Below, in pieces: positions 1-9,572 of a DNA stretch of 39,200 nt (position 1 is its first letter; the number at the start of each line of letters is the position of its first letter). The position numbers and the translations under genes were made by a program. The notes under the pieces were generated by a model. The model had not been told where the DNA came from and made no database searches. It worked only from the letters and a program-made list of their open reading frames with translations. Origin of the DNA: an uncultured Acetobacteraceae bacterium. Lineage in GTDB: Bacteria; Pseudomonadota; Alphaproteobacteria; Acetobacterales; Acetobacteraceae. The stretch covers positions 1-39,200 of the forward strand of contig CAXTTH010000001.1 of the NCBI GenBank assembly GCA_964247035.1, given 5' to 3'.

Positions 1-122
1 ACGACGGCCACGCCGATGCCGCCAACTATCCCGTCCTCGCCGCCGCCGTCCATGCGGGCCGACCCGCTCCCGCCTGCCGCAGGAACCACGGCCAGCCCGG
101 ACGCCAGCAAGCCAACTATCTT

Positions 123-160
123 GGGGGTCCGGTAGCAGCGGAACCGAAAGTGCATTTCAG
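123..160 (+). repeat. Tn3-family left terminal inverted repeat (38 bp)
   Basis: GGGGGTCCGGTAGCAGCGGAACCGAAAGTGCATTTCAG is 38 bp, starts GGGG and ends TCAG. Its internal AGCGGAAC-GAAA is in the same register as in the IR at 30517. It lies upstream of tnpR-tnpA. Confidence 0.75.
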
Positions 161-193
161 AAGGTGGTGGCCTATGTCCGCCGCTTCCGACAC

Positions 194-433
194 TCAGCGG
201 ACCTTGAGCAAACCGCCACTCTTTTTGAGTAGCGAATCTTCACCCCTATTTTTTATGTGATGAAGGGCCGTGCGTCGGCACTTATGGTCGGCATTTATTT
301 GCTGTTCGACCCATCGCCGCCATTCAGGGCGGGAGAGGGCGATCCGCTCGGCTTCTAAGATGCTCGCGTCGTGCTCCGCTCGCAGCTCTTTAATCAGCAG
401 AATCCAGCGGTTTCGTTCTTCACCCATGCCCAC
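194..433 (-). CDS. Hypothetical protein (79 aa), transposon passenger
   Basis: ATG-started ORF with GGAGG upstream, lower GC than its neighbours, located between the IR and the resolvase. Confidence 0.55.
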   Translation of the reverse strand: MGMGEERNRWILLIKELRAEHDASILEAERIALSRPEWRRWVEQQINADHKCRRTALHHIKNRGEDSLLKKSGGLLKVR

Positions 434-625
434 CGTCTAGCTACCTCCAGACGCATGATCTACTCAGCATAGACGATGGCATCCGGGTTCCCCCCAAGCG
501 GTGCTATCTCCGTTGAGGTAGACTCTTGTGGCATCCTCGCGCGGAACGCTTCTGACGTGCCATTAGGGTTGCTTCCGGTATTCTGGAACAGTAGCGTTCC
601 GGGGTCTAGACCCTTTCGGAACAAA
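434..625. promoter_or_regulatory. Probable res site and tnpR promoter region
   Basis: Non-coding, lower-GC region directly upstream of a serine resolvase inside a Tn3 element. Subsites were not mapped. Confidence 0.4.
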
Positions 626-1192
626 ATGGCCTCTTACGGCTACGCACGTGTCAGCACCCTCGACCAGGATCTCACGATCCAGCGTGCGGCCCTCAAGGCG
701 GCCGGCTGCAGTGTCGTTCGCGCCGAGAAGGCAAGCGGTTCCCGCCGCGACGGGCGAACCGAGCTGCAGGTGCTGCTCGACTTCGTGCAGCCCGGTGACA
801 CTCTGGTCGTGACCCGCATCGATCGCCTTGCCCGCTCGATGAAAGACCTGCAGGACATCGTGCATGAGTTGAAGGGCCGCGGCGTGGCGCTGCGCGCAAC
901 CGAGCAGCCCGTGGACACCGGAACGGCGGCTGGCAAGGCGTTCCTCGACATGTTGGGCGTGTTTGCCGAGTTCGAGACCAATTTGCGGCGCGAGCGTCAG
1001 CTTGAAGGTATCGCGCTTGCCAAGACACGCGGCGTCTACAAGGGGCGCAAGCCCAGTGTTGACGCTGCCGAGGTCAGGCGTCTGCGACATGAGGAGAAGC
1101 TGGGACCCGCCGCCATAGCGCGCCGGCTTGGCATCGGCCGTACCAGCGTCTACCGCGCTCTTGAGACCGCGATGGTCGTCGGCCGCGTGTGA
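626..1192 (+). CDS. tnpR: Serine recombinase (resolvase) with C-terminal HTH
   Basis: MASYGYARVST catalytic Ser motif, VVTRIDRLARS, AEFE..LRRERQ..GI..AK..G...GRK, and C-terminal HTH (AIARRLGIGRTSVYR). Start taken at ATG 626. Confidence 0.95.
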   Translation: MASYGYARVSTLDQDLTIQRAALKAAGCSVVRAEKASGSRRDGRTELQVLLDFVQPGDTLVVTRIDRLARSMKDLQDIVHELKGRGVALRATEQPVDTGTAAGKAFLDMLGVFAEFETNLRRERQLEGIALAKTRGVYKGRKPSVDAAEVRRLRHEEKLGPAAIARRLGIGRTSVYRALETAMVVGRV

Positions 1193-1225
1193 TGAGTAGC
1201 ACCCTCACGCGTTTCGGCTGAGCGG

Positions 1226-3627
1226 GTGCCAGTCTCGTTCCTGACCGCCGAACAGGAACGGCGCTATGGCCGGTATGCCGGCGAACCGAGCGCGGAGCAG
1301 CTCGCGCGGCATTTCCACCTCGACGATGCCGATCGCGAGCTGGCCGGCACCAAGCGTTGGGATCACATGCGGCTCGGGTTCGCCGTCCAGCTCGGCACCG
1401 TTCGCTTCCTCGGCGCGTTTCTGGATGAGCCTGCCGCTGTCCCTGGCGGGGTCGCAGGCCATTTGGCCCAGCAGCTTGGCATCCCCAATGCGGGCTGCCT
1501 GACCAAATATGCCACGGCCCGGGGTCGATGGCTGCATTCGGCGGAGATCAAGGAGCGCCACGGCTACCGCGAGTTCGCCGATCCTTCCGTCCACTTCCGC
1601 CTGGCGCGCTGGCTTTACGCGCTCTGCTGGACCGGCACGGACCGGCCGAGCGTGCTGTTCGACCGCGCGACCGTCTGGCTGGTGACGGAGAAGGTGCTGC
1701 TCCCGGTGCGTCCGCTCTTGAGCGTCTGGTCGCCCGCATTCGCGCCCGGGCCGCCCGTCGCCTCTGGCGCACGCTCGCCCGTGATGTGACCCACGAACAG
1801 CGCGCGAAGCTTGATGCCCTGCTGATCGCAGGAGAGGGCGGCCGTCCCAGCCCGCTCGACCGCCTTCGGGACGGTCCCTACCTACGCAGCGGTGCCGAGC
1901 TGTCCCGCGCCGTCAGTCGCCTGGACGAGATCCGGGTGCTGACGCGGGGCCTGCCAACCACCGATCACGTGCCGCCGGGCCGGGTCACAGCGCTGGCCCG
2001 GTTTGCAACCGTCGCCAAGGCCCAAGCTGTAGCGCGCATGCCGCTGGAGCGGCGCACGGCGACGCTGCTCGCCTTTGTGCGGACACTTGAGGCGACCGCG
2101 CAGGACGATGTGCTCGACCTGTTCGACATCGTGGTCACCGCCCTGTTCACCGACGCGGCCAAAGTCGGCAAAAAAGCGCGGCTGCGCACTCGCCGCGATC
2201 TCGACGCCGCCGCTCTCCAGCTCCGCCAAGCTGGCGGGGTGCTCATGGACGACGCGGTAGAAGACGGCGCCGTGCGCGGGGCGGCCTTCGCAATCGTGCC
2301 GCGCGCGATGCTCGCGGCAGCGTTGGAGCAGATCGACGCCATCGTGCGACCGCCCGGCGATCTCTACTTCCTCGAACTTCGCGCCCAGCCCGGCAAGCTG
2401 CGCTTCCTGCCGGCCATGCTGAGGTCCGTCTCCCTCGGTGCCACGCCGGCCGGACAGCCAACGCTGGACGCGGCGCGCCATCTGCGCAGCACAGATGGGC
2501 GCGGCCCGGCTCCGTCGGCACCGCTCGGCTTCGTGCCGAGTGGCTGGAAGCGACAGGTCAAGGCCGCCGATGGCGGCGTGGACAGCCTTGGTTACCGGCT
2601 CTGCCTGCTCGACGCGATGCGGATCGGGATCCGGCGGCGTGACCTGTTCGCGTCACCCAGCCTGCGCTTTGCCGACCCGCGGATCGGCCTTTTGGCGGGT
2701 TCAGCCTGGGAAGCGGCGCGGCCGTCTATCTGCCGCACCCTGGGCCTCTCGACCGACGGGCCGGCCGAGATTGCGCGAATGGCCGAGCGCCTGGACGCCG
2801 CCTATCAGGATACCGCGGCGAACCTGCCCAAGAACGCCGCCGTGCAGGTGGACGGCGGCGAGCTGGTGCTGTCCGCCCTCGACAAGCTGGAGGAGCCGCC
2901 CAGCCTGGTCGCGCTCAAGGCGGCCGTTGCCGCACGCATGCCGCTGGTGGATCTGCCCGAACTGCTGCTCGAAATGCACGTTCGCACCGGCTTTGCCGAC
3001 GGGTTCACCCATGCCAGCGAAGGCGGCGCACGGGCCGGCGGCGTTGCCACCAGCCTATGCGCGGTGCTGCTGGCCGAAGCGTGCAACACCGGCTTCGAGC
3101 CGCTCATCCGGCGCGACAACGCGGCGCTGCGCCGATCACGGCTGAGCTGGGTTCGGCAGAACTACATCCGGGCTGAGACGCTCACCCGGTCGAACGCCGT
3201 CCTGGTCGCGGCCCAGAACCGCATCCCGCTCGCCCGCGCGTGGGGCGGCGGTGATGTGGCCTCTGCGGATGGACTGCGCTTCGTGGTGCCAGTCCGCACG
3301 ATCCATTCGGGGCCGAACCCGCGCTACTATGGCCAGGAACGTGGGGTGACGTTCTACAACCTGGTCTCTGACCAGTTCACCGGGCTTAACGGCATCACCG
3401 TGCCCGGCACTCTGCGCGACAGCCTGACCCTGCTCTCGGTCGTGCTGGAGCAGCAAACCGAGCTGCAGCCGACCGAGATCATGTCCGACACCGGGGCCTA
3501 CACCGACACGATCTTCGGCATCTTCCATCTGCTCGGCTACCAGTTCAGCCCGCGTCTGGCTGACATAGGTGGCACCAGGTTCTGGCGCGTGGGCCGGAAG
3601 GCCCATCCGCGTAAAAGCGCACGATAA
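1226..3627 (+). pseudogene. tnpA: Tn3-family transposase, frameshifted and 3'-truncated
   Basis: The N-terminus (RLGFAVQLGTVRFLG) is in the 1226 frame and continues after a 1-nt shift near 1703 (KVLLP/GASALERL) in the 1528 frame. ASADG and SDT aspartates are present, but the protein ends at RKA (~3603) before the catalytic Glu. Confidence 0.92.
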
Positions 3628-3637
3628 GGACGGCCTG
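3600..3637 (+). mobile_element. Putative transposon end (GGCC-starting, Tn3/IS1071-like) that truncates tnpA
   Basis: GGCCCATCCGCGTAAAAGCGCACGATAAGGACGG begins exactly where TnpA homology ends. It has IR-like composition (GATAAG). The resemblance to IS1071-type ends is from memory, and no partner end was found. Confidence 0.35.
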
Positions 3638-3708
3638 TTTGAGCCGTATCTGGCCGTTTAGGGCCTGATCCATTGATATTTGGTTCGACTTCGGCATGAG
3701 CTACCTGT

Positions 3709-3913
3709 TTATTGCGTGCAATAACTGCGTGCAATACATATTGGACGCATTGACAGTTTTCGAGCCGGCGTATTGCACGCAGCAAACAAGGGGGCTAACG
3801 CAAGGGGTGAGATTGCGTGCAATACATATAAACTTGCTCTCCCTCTGACTGTCGCCATTGGGTTTCAGGCGCGCTGCCGATCTCTCCGGCTTCGCCCAAA
3901 CATTGCGTGCAAG
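3709..3913. repeat. Cluster of five palindromic ATTGC(GT/AC)GCAAT-type boxes
   Basis: TTATTGCGTGCAATAA 3709-3724, TGCGTGCAATACATA 3726-3740, TATTGCACGCA 3771-3781, ATTGCGTGCAATACATA 3812-3828, ATTGCGTGCAAG 3902-3913. Confidence 0.8.
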
Positions 3914-4188
3914 CCGCTACCGTGCGTTTTCGCGCCGTTGGGCCTTCTGGCCCACCAAGCGCGGCGCGCACCTTCTGCTGCAGACTTGAACGCGAACCCT
4001 CGACGGCACGCTCCGGCCGCTGTTCGAGCAATGGTATCCGGGACTCGCCAACGACAACGGAACCGAAGCAACTTGTGACGACGCGACGTGAACACACCAT
4101 AGATCCTGATGCTCTCCGCAGCGATCTCCTCGCGCAAAGTGTAAACGGCAGCAGCGGCCGAGCACCGCGTCCGGGCCAACGTTTTTGC

Positions 4189-4212
4189 GATCTGTGATCA
4201 CAAGAGTTGACA
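4189..4212 (+). promoter_or_regulatory. Putative GntR operator next to a -35 hexamer, upstream of the GMC gene
   Basis: GATCTGTGATCAC(A) is followed 5 nt later by TTGACA. The same 13-mer plus TTGAC recurs at 8314. Confidence 0.65.
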
Positions 4213-4319
4213 TCCGTCGGCGTTCGAGGTGAGGTGCGATAGAGCACGAGAGGTCAAGGCTTCGTCTTCCCCACCAGAATTATGACAGGGCGCGTAGACG
4301 CCACCAACGAGGAACGACC

Positions 4320-5954
4320 ATGGCAGACTACATCATTGTGGGCGGCGGCTCCGCAGGATGCGTGCTGGCAAACCGGCTATCGGCCGACCCGTCGGTGACG
4401 GTCACGCTGGTGGAGGCCGGCGGCTGGGATCGCAGCCCGTTTATCCACATGCCGGCCGGCTACTTCCAGCTGATGCGCACCGGCCAGCTTGACTGGCGCT
4501 ACCACACAGAGCCGCAGGAGCACCTCGATGGACGGCGACTATTCTGGCCGCGCGGCAAGGTGATGGGCGGCTCTAGCTGCGTTAACGGAATGATCTACAT
4601 CCGTGGGCACGCGTCGGATTACGATCGGTGGGCCCAGTTTGGCAATCTCAACTGGTCCTACGCGGAATGCCTGCCGTATTTTCGCCGTTCTGAAACCTGG
4701 CAGGAGGGCCAAGGCGAGTTCCACGGCACGGACGGGCCGGTCAAGACTAGTCGCTACGGGCTGCGCCACCCCTTGGCGAAAGCGTTCGTCGAGGCCGGAC
4801 GACAGGCCGGCTATCCCGTGACCTCGGACTTCAACGGCAGCCAGCAGGAGGGTTTCGGGCCGTGCGACAGCACGCTCGACCGCAGTGGCTGGCGGGCGAC
4901 TCGGTCAAATGCCGCGCACGCCTACATCCGCCCGGTAAGGCAGCGCAAGAACTTGACGGTCATCACTGACGCTTTGGTCGGCCGCGTCATCATTGAGAAA
5001 GGCCGGGCACGGGGCATCGAATACCGGCATCGCCGTCGGACGCACAAAGCCTGGGCCGACCGCGAGGTCATCCTGTGCGGCGGTACGGTTAACTCGCCGC
5101 AGCTCCTGCAGCTCTCCGGCGTCGGTGAGCCTGCGCATCTACATAGCCTCGGCATCAACATCGTCGCCGATGTACCCGGTGTCGGCCAGAACCTGCAGGA
5201 CCACTTGGCCGTTGGGCTTAAGCAGCGTGTGTCGCAGCCAATCTCGATGTTGCCCTACGTGCAGCCGGTCAAGGCCGCGCTCTCGCTCGGCCAGTACATG
5301 ATCGGCGCTGGCGGGCCCGGTGCCTATCACGGTATTGAGGCGCTCGCCTTCGTCAAAACCCGCTTGGAGCTCGTGGCACCCGATCTTCAATACCATTTCG
5401 TCATGATCATGTACGACGACCATGGCCGCTCGATTATTCCGGAGCATGGCTTCATGCCCTACTTCAATGTCACGCGCCCGGAGAGCCGCGGCTCAATCCA
5501 AATCAGGTCCCGCGACCCGGCCGCTTACCCGGTCGTCCAGCCAAACTATTTTGCGCGACCCGAGGATATGCGGGTGATGCGGGAAGGTATCAGAATTAGC
5601 CGCGACATCGTCGCGCAGCATGCGTTCGATCCATATCGCGGTGCCGAGTACGCGCCCGGGGCGGAGGTGACGACGGATGCTGAGATTGACGCCTATTTAC
5701 GCGCCAGGGTAGAGTCAATCTACCATCCGGTCGGCACCTGCAAGATGGGTTCGGACACGATGGCGGTAGTTGACGACCGCTTGCGCGTGCGCGGCGTAGA
5801 GGCGCTACGAGTGGTCGACGCATCGGTGATGCCGACGCTGGTTACCGGCAATACGAACGCGCCGACAATCATGATCGCCGAACGGGCCGCAGACTTCATC
5901 CGCGGCACTGTGGCGGCCAGCGTTCAGCATAGTTCCGAAAGCCTGGTAGCCTAA
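4320..5954 (+). CDS. GMC family FAD oxidoreductase (choline dehydrogenase-like)
   Basis: GGGSAG FAD motif, GKVMGGSSCVNGMIYIRG, YHPVGTCKMG, GNTNAP (His/Asn pair), and GAGGA RBS. Confidence 0.95.
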   Translation: MADYIIVGGGSAGCVLANRLSADPSVTVTLVEAGGWDRSPFIHMPAGYFQLMRTGQLDWRYHTEPQEHLDGRRLFWPRGKVMGGSSCVNGMIYIRGHASDYDRWAQFGNLNWSYAECLPYFRRSETWQEGQGEFHGTDGPVKTSRYGLRHPLAKAFVEAGRQAGYPVTSDFNGSQQEGFGPCDSTLDRSGWRATRSNAAHAYIRPVRQRKNLTVITDALVGRVIIEKGRARGIEYRHRRRTHKAWADREVILCGGTVNSPQLLQLSGVGEPAHLHSLGINIVADVPGVGQNLQDHLAVGLKQRVSQPISMLPYVQPVKAALSLGQYMIGAGGPGAYHGIEALAFVKTRLELVAPDLQYHFVMIMYDDHGRSIIPEHGFMPYFNVTRPESRGSIQIRSRDPAAYPVVQPNYFARPEDMRVMREGIRISRDIVAQHAFDPYRGAEYAPGAEVTTDAEIDAYLRARVESIYHPVGTCKMGSDTMAVVDDRLRVRGVEALRVVDASVMPTLVTGNTNAPTIMIAERAADFIRGTVAASVQHSSESLVA

Positions 5955-5955
5955 G

Positions 5956-6080
5956 GAAGAAGTGTTCTTCTAAAAAGAAGCAAAAGAGGTTTGTCTCCTA
6001 ATGTGCACTTTGCTGACATGGACAGACAAAGCTTAGCGGATCGAAGCCTTTGCTTCTTCTTTGAAGAAATAGAACTCTTC
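5956..6080. repeat. AT-rich imperfect long inverted repeat (intergenic REP/MITE-like hairpin)
   Basis: TTCTTCTAAAAAGAAGCAAAAG (5965-) pairs with CCTTTGCTTCTTCTTTGAAGAA (-6068), with an inner TTTGTCT/AGACAAA pair. Confidence 0.6.
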
Positions 6081-6125
6081 ATACATCGATATCCATCAAT
6101 CTCCGTTTTAGGACACCCCCCGAAA

Positions 6126-7433
6126 GTGGCACACATCCTTAAGGCCGGACGCACGCAAGCGGAACAGGCGGATGAGAGCAGAAAAGTTCGTGCGCTAGTT
6201 GAGCAGATGCTGCTCGACATCGAACGCCGCGGCCAAGCCGCCGTGCGCGAGTTATCCACCCGATTTGACGGTTGGGACCGTGATGACTTTCGCCTAACCC
6301 ATAACGAGATTGCCGGCTGTGTCGCAGAGCTCTCCGCCGACGAGGTCGACGACATCCATTTCGCGCAGACGCAGATCCGTAATTTCGCCGAGCACCAGCG
6401 CGGTGCTTTGCTTGACCTTGAGGTGGAGACGCGGCCTGGCATCATTCTTGGCCATAAGAACATTCCGGTAAACTCGGTCGGCTGCTACGTGCCCGGCGGA
6501 AAGTATCCTCTGCTTGCCTCGGCACACATGTCAGTCGTGACCGCCAAGGTCGCGGGCGTGCCGCGCGTTGTCACCTGCGCGCCGCCGTTCAAGGGGCGGC
6601 CGGCCGCCACCATCGTCGCCGCCCAGCATCTTGCCGGTGCGGACGAGATCTACTGTCTCGGCGGCGTGCAGGCGGTCGGTGCGATGGCGCTGGGGACGCA
6701 GAGCATGGAGAGTGTCGACATGCTCGTCGGCCCTGGTAACGCCTACGTCGCCGAGGCCAAGCGACAGCTGTTCGGTCGCGTCGGCATCGACCTGTTTGCC
6801 GGCCCAACGGAGACGCTGGTGATTGCCGACGACACCACTAGTCCCGAGTTCTGCGCGACCGACCTGTTGGGCCAGGCCGAGCACGGGGTTAACTCGCCGG
6901 CCGTGCTGCTGACGACCTCCGAGCAACTCGCACGCGACACACTCGTCGAGATCGAGCGGCTACTTAAGATTTTGCCGACCGCCGACGTCGCTCGGCAGGC
7001 CTGGGCCGACCACGGTGCGATCATTCTCTGCGACGACGAGGAGGAGATGATCTGCGAGGCCGACCGAATCGCCTCCGAGCACGTGCAGGTGATGACGCGC
7101 GATCCCGGCGTGTTCCTGGCGCGGATGACGAACTATGGCGCGCTGTTTCTCGGCCCGCGCACCAATGTGGCCTATGGCGACAAGGTCATCGGCACCAATC
7201 ACACGCTGCCGACCAACGGGGCGGCGCGCTACACTGGCGGCCTTTGGGTCGGCAAGTTCCTGAAGACGGTAACCTACCAGCGCATCGAGACCGATGCGGC
7301 AAGCGCCGAGATCGGCGCGTTCTGCTCGCGGCTCTGCATGCTAGAGGGCTTCGTCGGCCATGCCGAGCAGGCAAATGTCCGGCTGCGGCGCTATGGCGGC
7401 AGCAACGTTCCCTATGCTACTGCCGCGGTGTAA
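6126..7433 (+). CDS. Histidinol dehydrogenase-family paralogue (HpsN-like, Zn/NAD-dependent)
   Basis: [51 protein letters not shown]. Start taken at GTG 6126 after AGGA. No his operon genes lie nearby. Confidence 0.9.
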   Translation: MAHILKAGRTQAEQADESRKVRALVEQMLLDIERRGQAAVRELSTRFDGWDRDDFRLTHNEIAGCVAELSADEVDDIHFAQTQIRNFAEHQRGALLDLEVETRPGIILGHKNIPVNSVGCYVPGGKYPLLASAHMSVVTAKVAGVPRVVTCAPPFKGRPAATIVAAQHLAGADEIYCLGGVQAVGAMALGTQSMESVDMLVGPGNAYVAEAKRQLFGRVGIDLFAGPTETLVIADDTTSPEFCATDLLGQAEHGVNSPAVLLTTSEQLARDTLVEIERLLKILPTADVARQAWADHGAIILCDDEEEMICEADRIASEHVQVMTRDPGVFLARMTNYGALFLGPRTNVAYGDKVIGTNHTLPTNGAARYTGGLWVGKFLKTVTYQRIETDAASAEIGAFCSRLCMLEGFVGHAEQANVRLRRYGGSNVPYATAAV

Positions 7434-7452
7434 TACGGAGCTTATGAGCGCA

Positions 7453-8235
7453 TCAGCCCGTCGCGTTGGGGGAGCGCCTACTACTGGCCGCACGACGGCG
7501 CGGCGACTGGGCAATGGGATCGCAGACCTGCTTTTTTCCGCCCGCATCATCGGCCGCGTTGATCGCCTGGGACTTCGACCAGAACCATTTTGCTGTTGTC
7601 TCGATGTCGTCACGCAGGGAGCGGGCCGCGCCCTCGCCATCCCCGGCCTCCAGCGCGGCCAGGATACGGACGTGCGAGGCCGCTGCGTCGAAGAACGCGT
7701 CGATGCCGCGCCGTTCCGCCGCTAATGCCGCAAGGTATGGGCCGCTACGAAGCCAAAGCATCTCGATGATCTCAATCAACGTCGGGTTGCCACAGGCCTT
7801 GTAGATCAGGAAGTGAAACGCCTGGTTATGCTGTAGGATACCCATCGCGTCCGAGCGTGACAGCGCCCATTTCATTGCGTCGTTCGACTTGCGCAACCTC
7901 TCAATTAGCACGGTGTCGGCCAACTCGGCGGCGAGCTCCGTCGCCCGGCCCTCGACCATGACGCGGATCGGCATCACCTCGCCGAACCGCTCGGCGGTCA
8001 GGACCGGAATTTTGAAGGTTCGATTGGATTGTTGGGTCAGCGCCTTTTCCGCGACCAGGCGTTTGATCGCCTCGCGCACGGGCATTTCACTCGTGCCGAA
8101 ACGGGCCGCAAGCGCGCGTATGGTCAACGGCTCACCCGGCGTGAACACGCCCTGACGGATGTCTGAGCGGACTCGGTCGTAGACGCGCTCCTGCACGCTT
8201 CTCACGTCGATTGACTGGTGCTTGGGCTCCGTCAC
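7453..8235 (-). CDS. GntR-family (FadR/FCD) transcriptional regulator
   Basis: N-terminal wHTH (LAARFGTSEMPVREAIKRL) and FCD motif (NQAFHFLIY...N...H). Divergent from the ABC operon. Confidence 0.93.
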   Translation of the reverse strand: MTEPKHQSIDVRSVQERVYDRVRSDIRQGVFTPGEPLTIRALAARFGTSEMPVREAIKRLVAEKALTQQSNRTFKIPVLTAERFGEVMPIRVMVEGRATELAAELADTVLIERLRKSNDAMKWALSRSDAMGILQHNQAFHFLIYKACGNPTLIEIIEMLWLRSGPYLAALAAERRGIDAFFDAAASHVRILAALEAGDGEGAARSLRDDIETTAKWFWSKSQAINAADDAGGKKQVCDPIAQSPRRRAASSRRSPNATG

Positions 8236-8313
8236 GTCCGATCCTCGGAAAATGATTATGTATGCACGAAAAGAGCGACCGCCAGTCTACGTCAACCAAA
8301 GCCGGCATCCTAT

Positions 8314-8336
8314 GATCTGTGATCACGCAGTTGACG
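8314..8336 (+). promoter_or_regulatory. Putative GntR operator and -35 between gntR and the ABC operon
   Basis: (T)GATCTGTGATCAC palindrome followed by TTGACG. The identical 13-mer is at 4189. Confidence 0.65.
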
Positions 8337-8471
8337 GCTGGGGCGCTGTCTGCCAACGTCGCAGTAACAATGAGCTCGGCAGGACGAACAATCCGGTAGC
8401 TTGGCACCCAAGATCGGCAGAAGCAGCAGCTCGAAACAAGTGAAATACTGCCAGCATCAGGGAGACGAACA

Positions 8472-9572
8472 ATGAAACAACCGCGCAGTGAGTTCGGGCG
8501 GCCCAGCCGCCGCAACATTCTGAAGCTGATGGGTGCTGCTTCCGGCACCGCAGCCATGGCCGGTGGCTCTGCTTACGCAGCGGACCGCCCACTACTCGGC
8601 TTCAGCAACAAGAGCCTAGACTTCTACTTCTTTCGCATCCTGCAGGAGGCCGCACAGCGCGCCGCAGCCGGGAAATCCTGGGATTTCCAGGCAGTGAACG
8701 CTAACTTCAACAATACCATACAGATCCAGCAATGGGACTCGTTGCTGCTTCGCCGTCCCATCGCAATGATTGGCGACACCGTCGACAGCCAGGCAATGGT
8801 CAGTGCGGTGAAGAAGGCTAATTTTAGCAGCATTCCCGTCGGCATGGTCGACAGTCTGACCATCAGCGGCAACGTCGCCGTCTCCGTCGCCTTTGACAAC
8901 AACCAGGGCGGTGTGATGGCCGCGAACGCCGTCATTGACCTGCTGAAGAAGAAGTATAGCGGCCAGGCCAAGGGGACGGTGCTGAACTGCTACGGCTCGC
9001 TGCAAAGCGATGCCTGGCGGGCGCGCAAGGTCGGCTGGGACGCGACGTTCGTGAAGTATCCCGATATCAAGATGCTGGACCGGCCGACCGAAGGGCTGCT
9101 CAAGAATATGCTGAGCGTCACCGTCGACACGCTGTCCGAGTATCCCGACCTCGACGCTGTGCACGCACCAAGCGACACGCCCGCGCGCGGCGTTGTGACG
9201 GCGCTAAAGCAGCGCAACAAGTGGTTCAAGATCGGCGACCCGAAGCACGTGATCTTCGTCACCATAGACGGCGAGCCAATCGGCCTGCAGTGGATCAAGC
9301 AGGGCTACCAGGACGCCGACATCTCGCAGGACCCGATAGCCTACAGCGAGATCGCGGTAGAGATGCTGGCGAAATACGCTATTAACGGCGAGGCGGTACC
9401 GCTCGGTCGCTACGAGAACAAGAAGTATTATTGGGAAGCCGGCGAGTTCGTCCAGGGCGTGAGCGGCCCGCGGCTGATCATCCCGCCCTTCGTCGTCAGC
9501 CCGTCCAATGCAGACGACCCACGCCTCTGGGCCAACGTGGCGTCGAACGACTGGGGCATCGCCTATGAGTAG
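8472..9572 (+). CDS. Sugar ABC transporter substrate-binding protein (RbsB-like), Tat signal
   Basis: Twin-arginine SRRNILK signal ending AYA, plus class I PBP features (FF..L, DN..GG..AA, VTIDG, QDP). Confidence 0.9.
   Translation: MKQPRSEFGRPSRRNILKLMGAASGTAAMAGGSAYAADRPLLGFSNKSLDFYFFRILQEAAQRAAAGKSWDFQAVNANFNNTIQIQQWDSLLLRRPIAMIGDTVDSQAMVSAVKKANFSSIPVGMVDSLTISGNVAVSVAFDNNQGGVMAANAVIDLLKKKYSGQAKGTVLNCYGSLQSDAWRARKVGWDATFVKYPDIKMLDRPTEGLLKNMLSVTVDTLSEYPDLDAVHAPSDTPARGVVTALKQRNKWFKIGDPKHVIFVTIDGEPIGLQWIKQGYQDADISQDPIAYSEIAVEMLAKYAINGEAVPLGRYENKKYYWEAGEFVQGVSGPRLIIPPFVVSPSNADDPRLWANVASNDWGIAYE

Larger units (their letters stand above)
123..3603 (+). mobile_element. Truncated Tn3-family transposon (IR, passenger ORF, resolvase, broken transposase)
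   Basis: IR at 123, serine resolvase and Tn3 TnpA in tandem. TnpA similarity to the 31239 TnpA stops abruptly near 3603. No matching right IR is visible. Confidence 0.8.

Noticed and set aside
1-122. Pro-rich partial frame and duplicated GCCAACTATC (21-30, 111-120)
   Set aside because: Too short at the window edge to call. It is probably the gene interrupted by the Tn3.
4320-5954. Labelling this gene betA
   Set aside because: There is no betI/betT context, and GMC motifs alone do not define the substrate.
5991-6125. N-terminal extension of the HisD-like ORF
   Set aside because: It runs through an AT-rich hairpin. Family-like sequence and the RBS point to GTG 6126.
6126-7433. Labelling this gene hisD or hpsN
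   Set aside because: It has GDK rather than GDY, no his genes nearby and no sulfonate pathway genes in view, so the substrate cannot be assigned.
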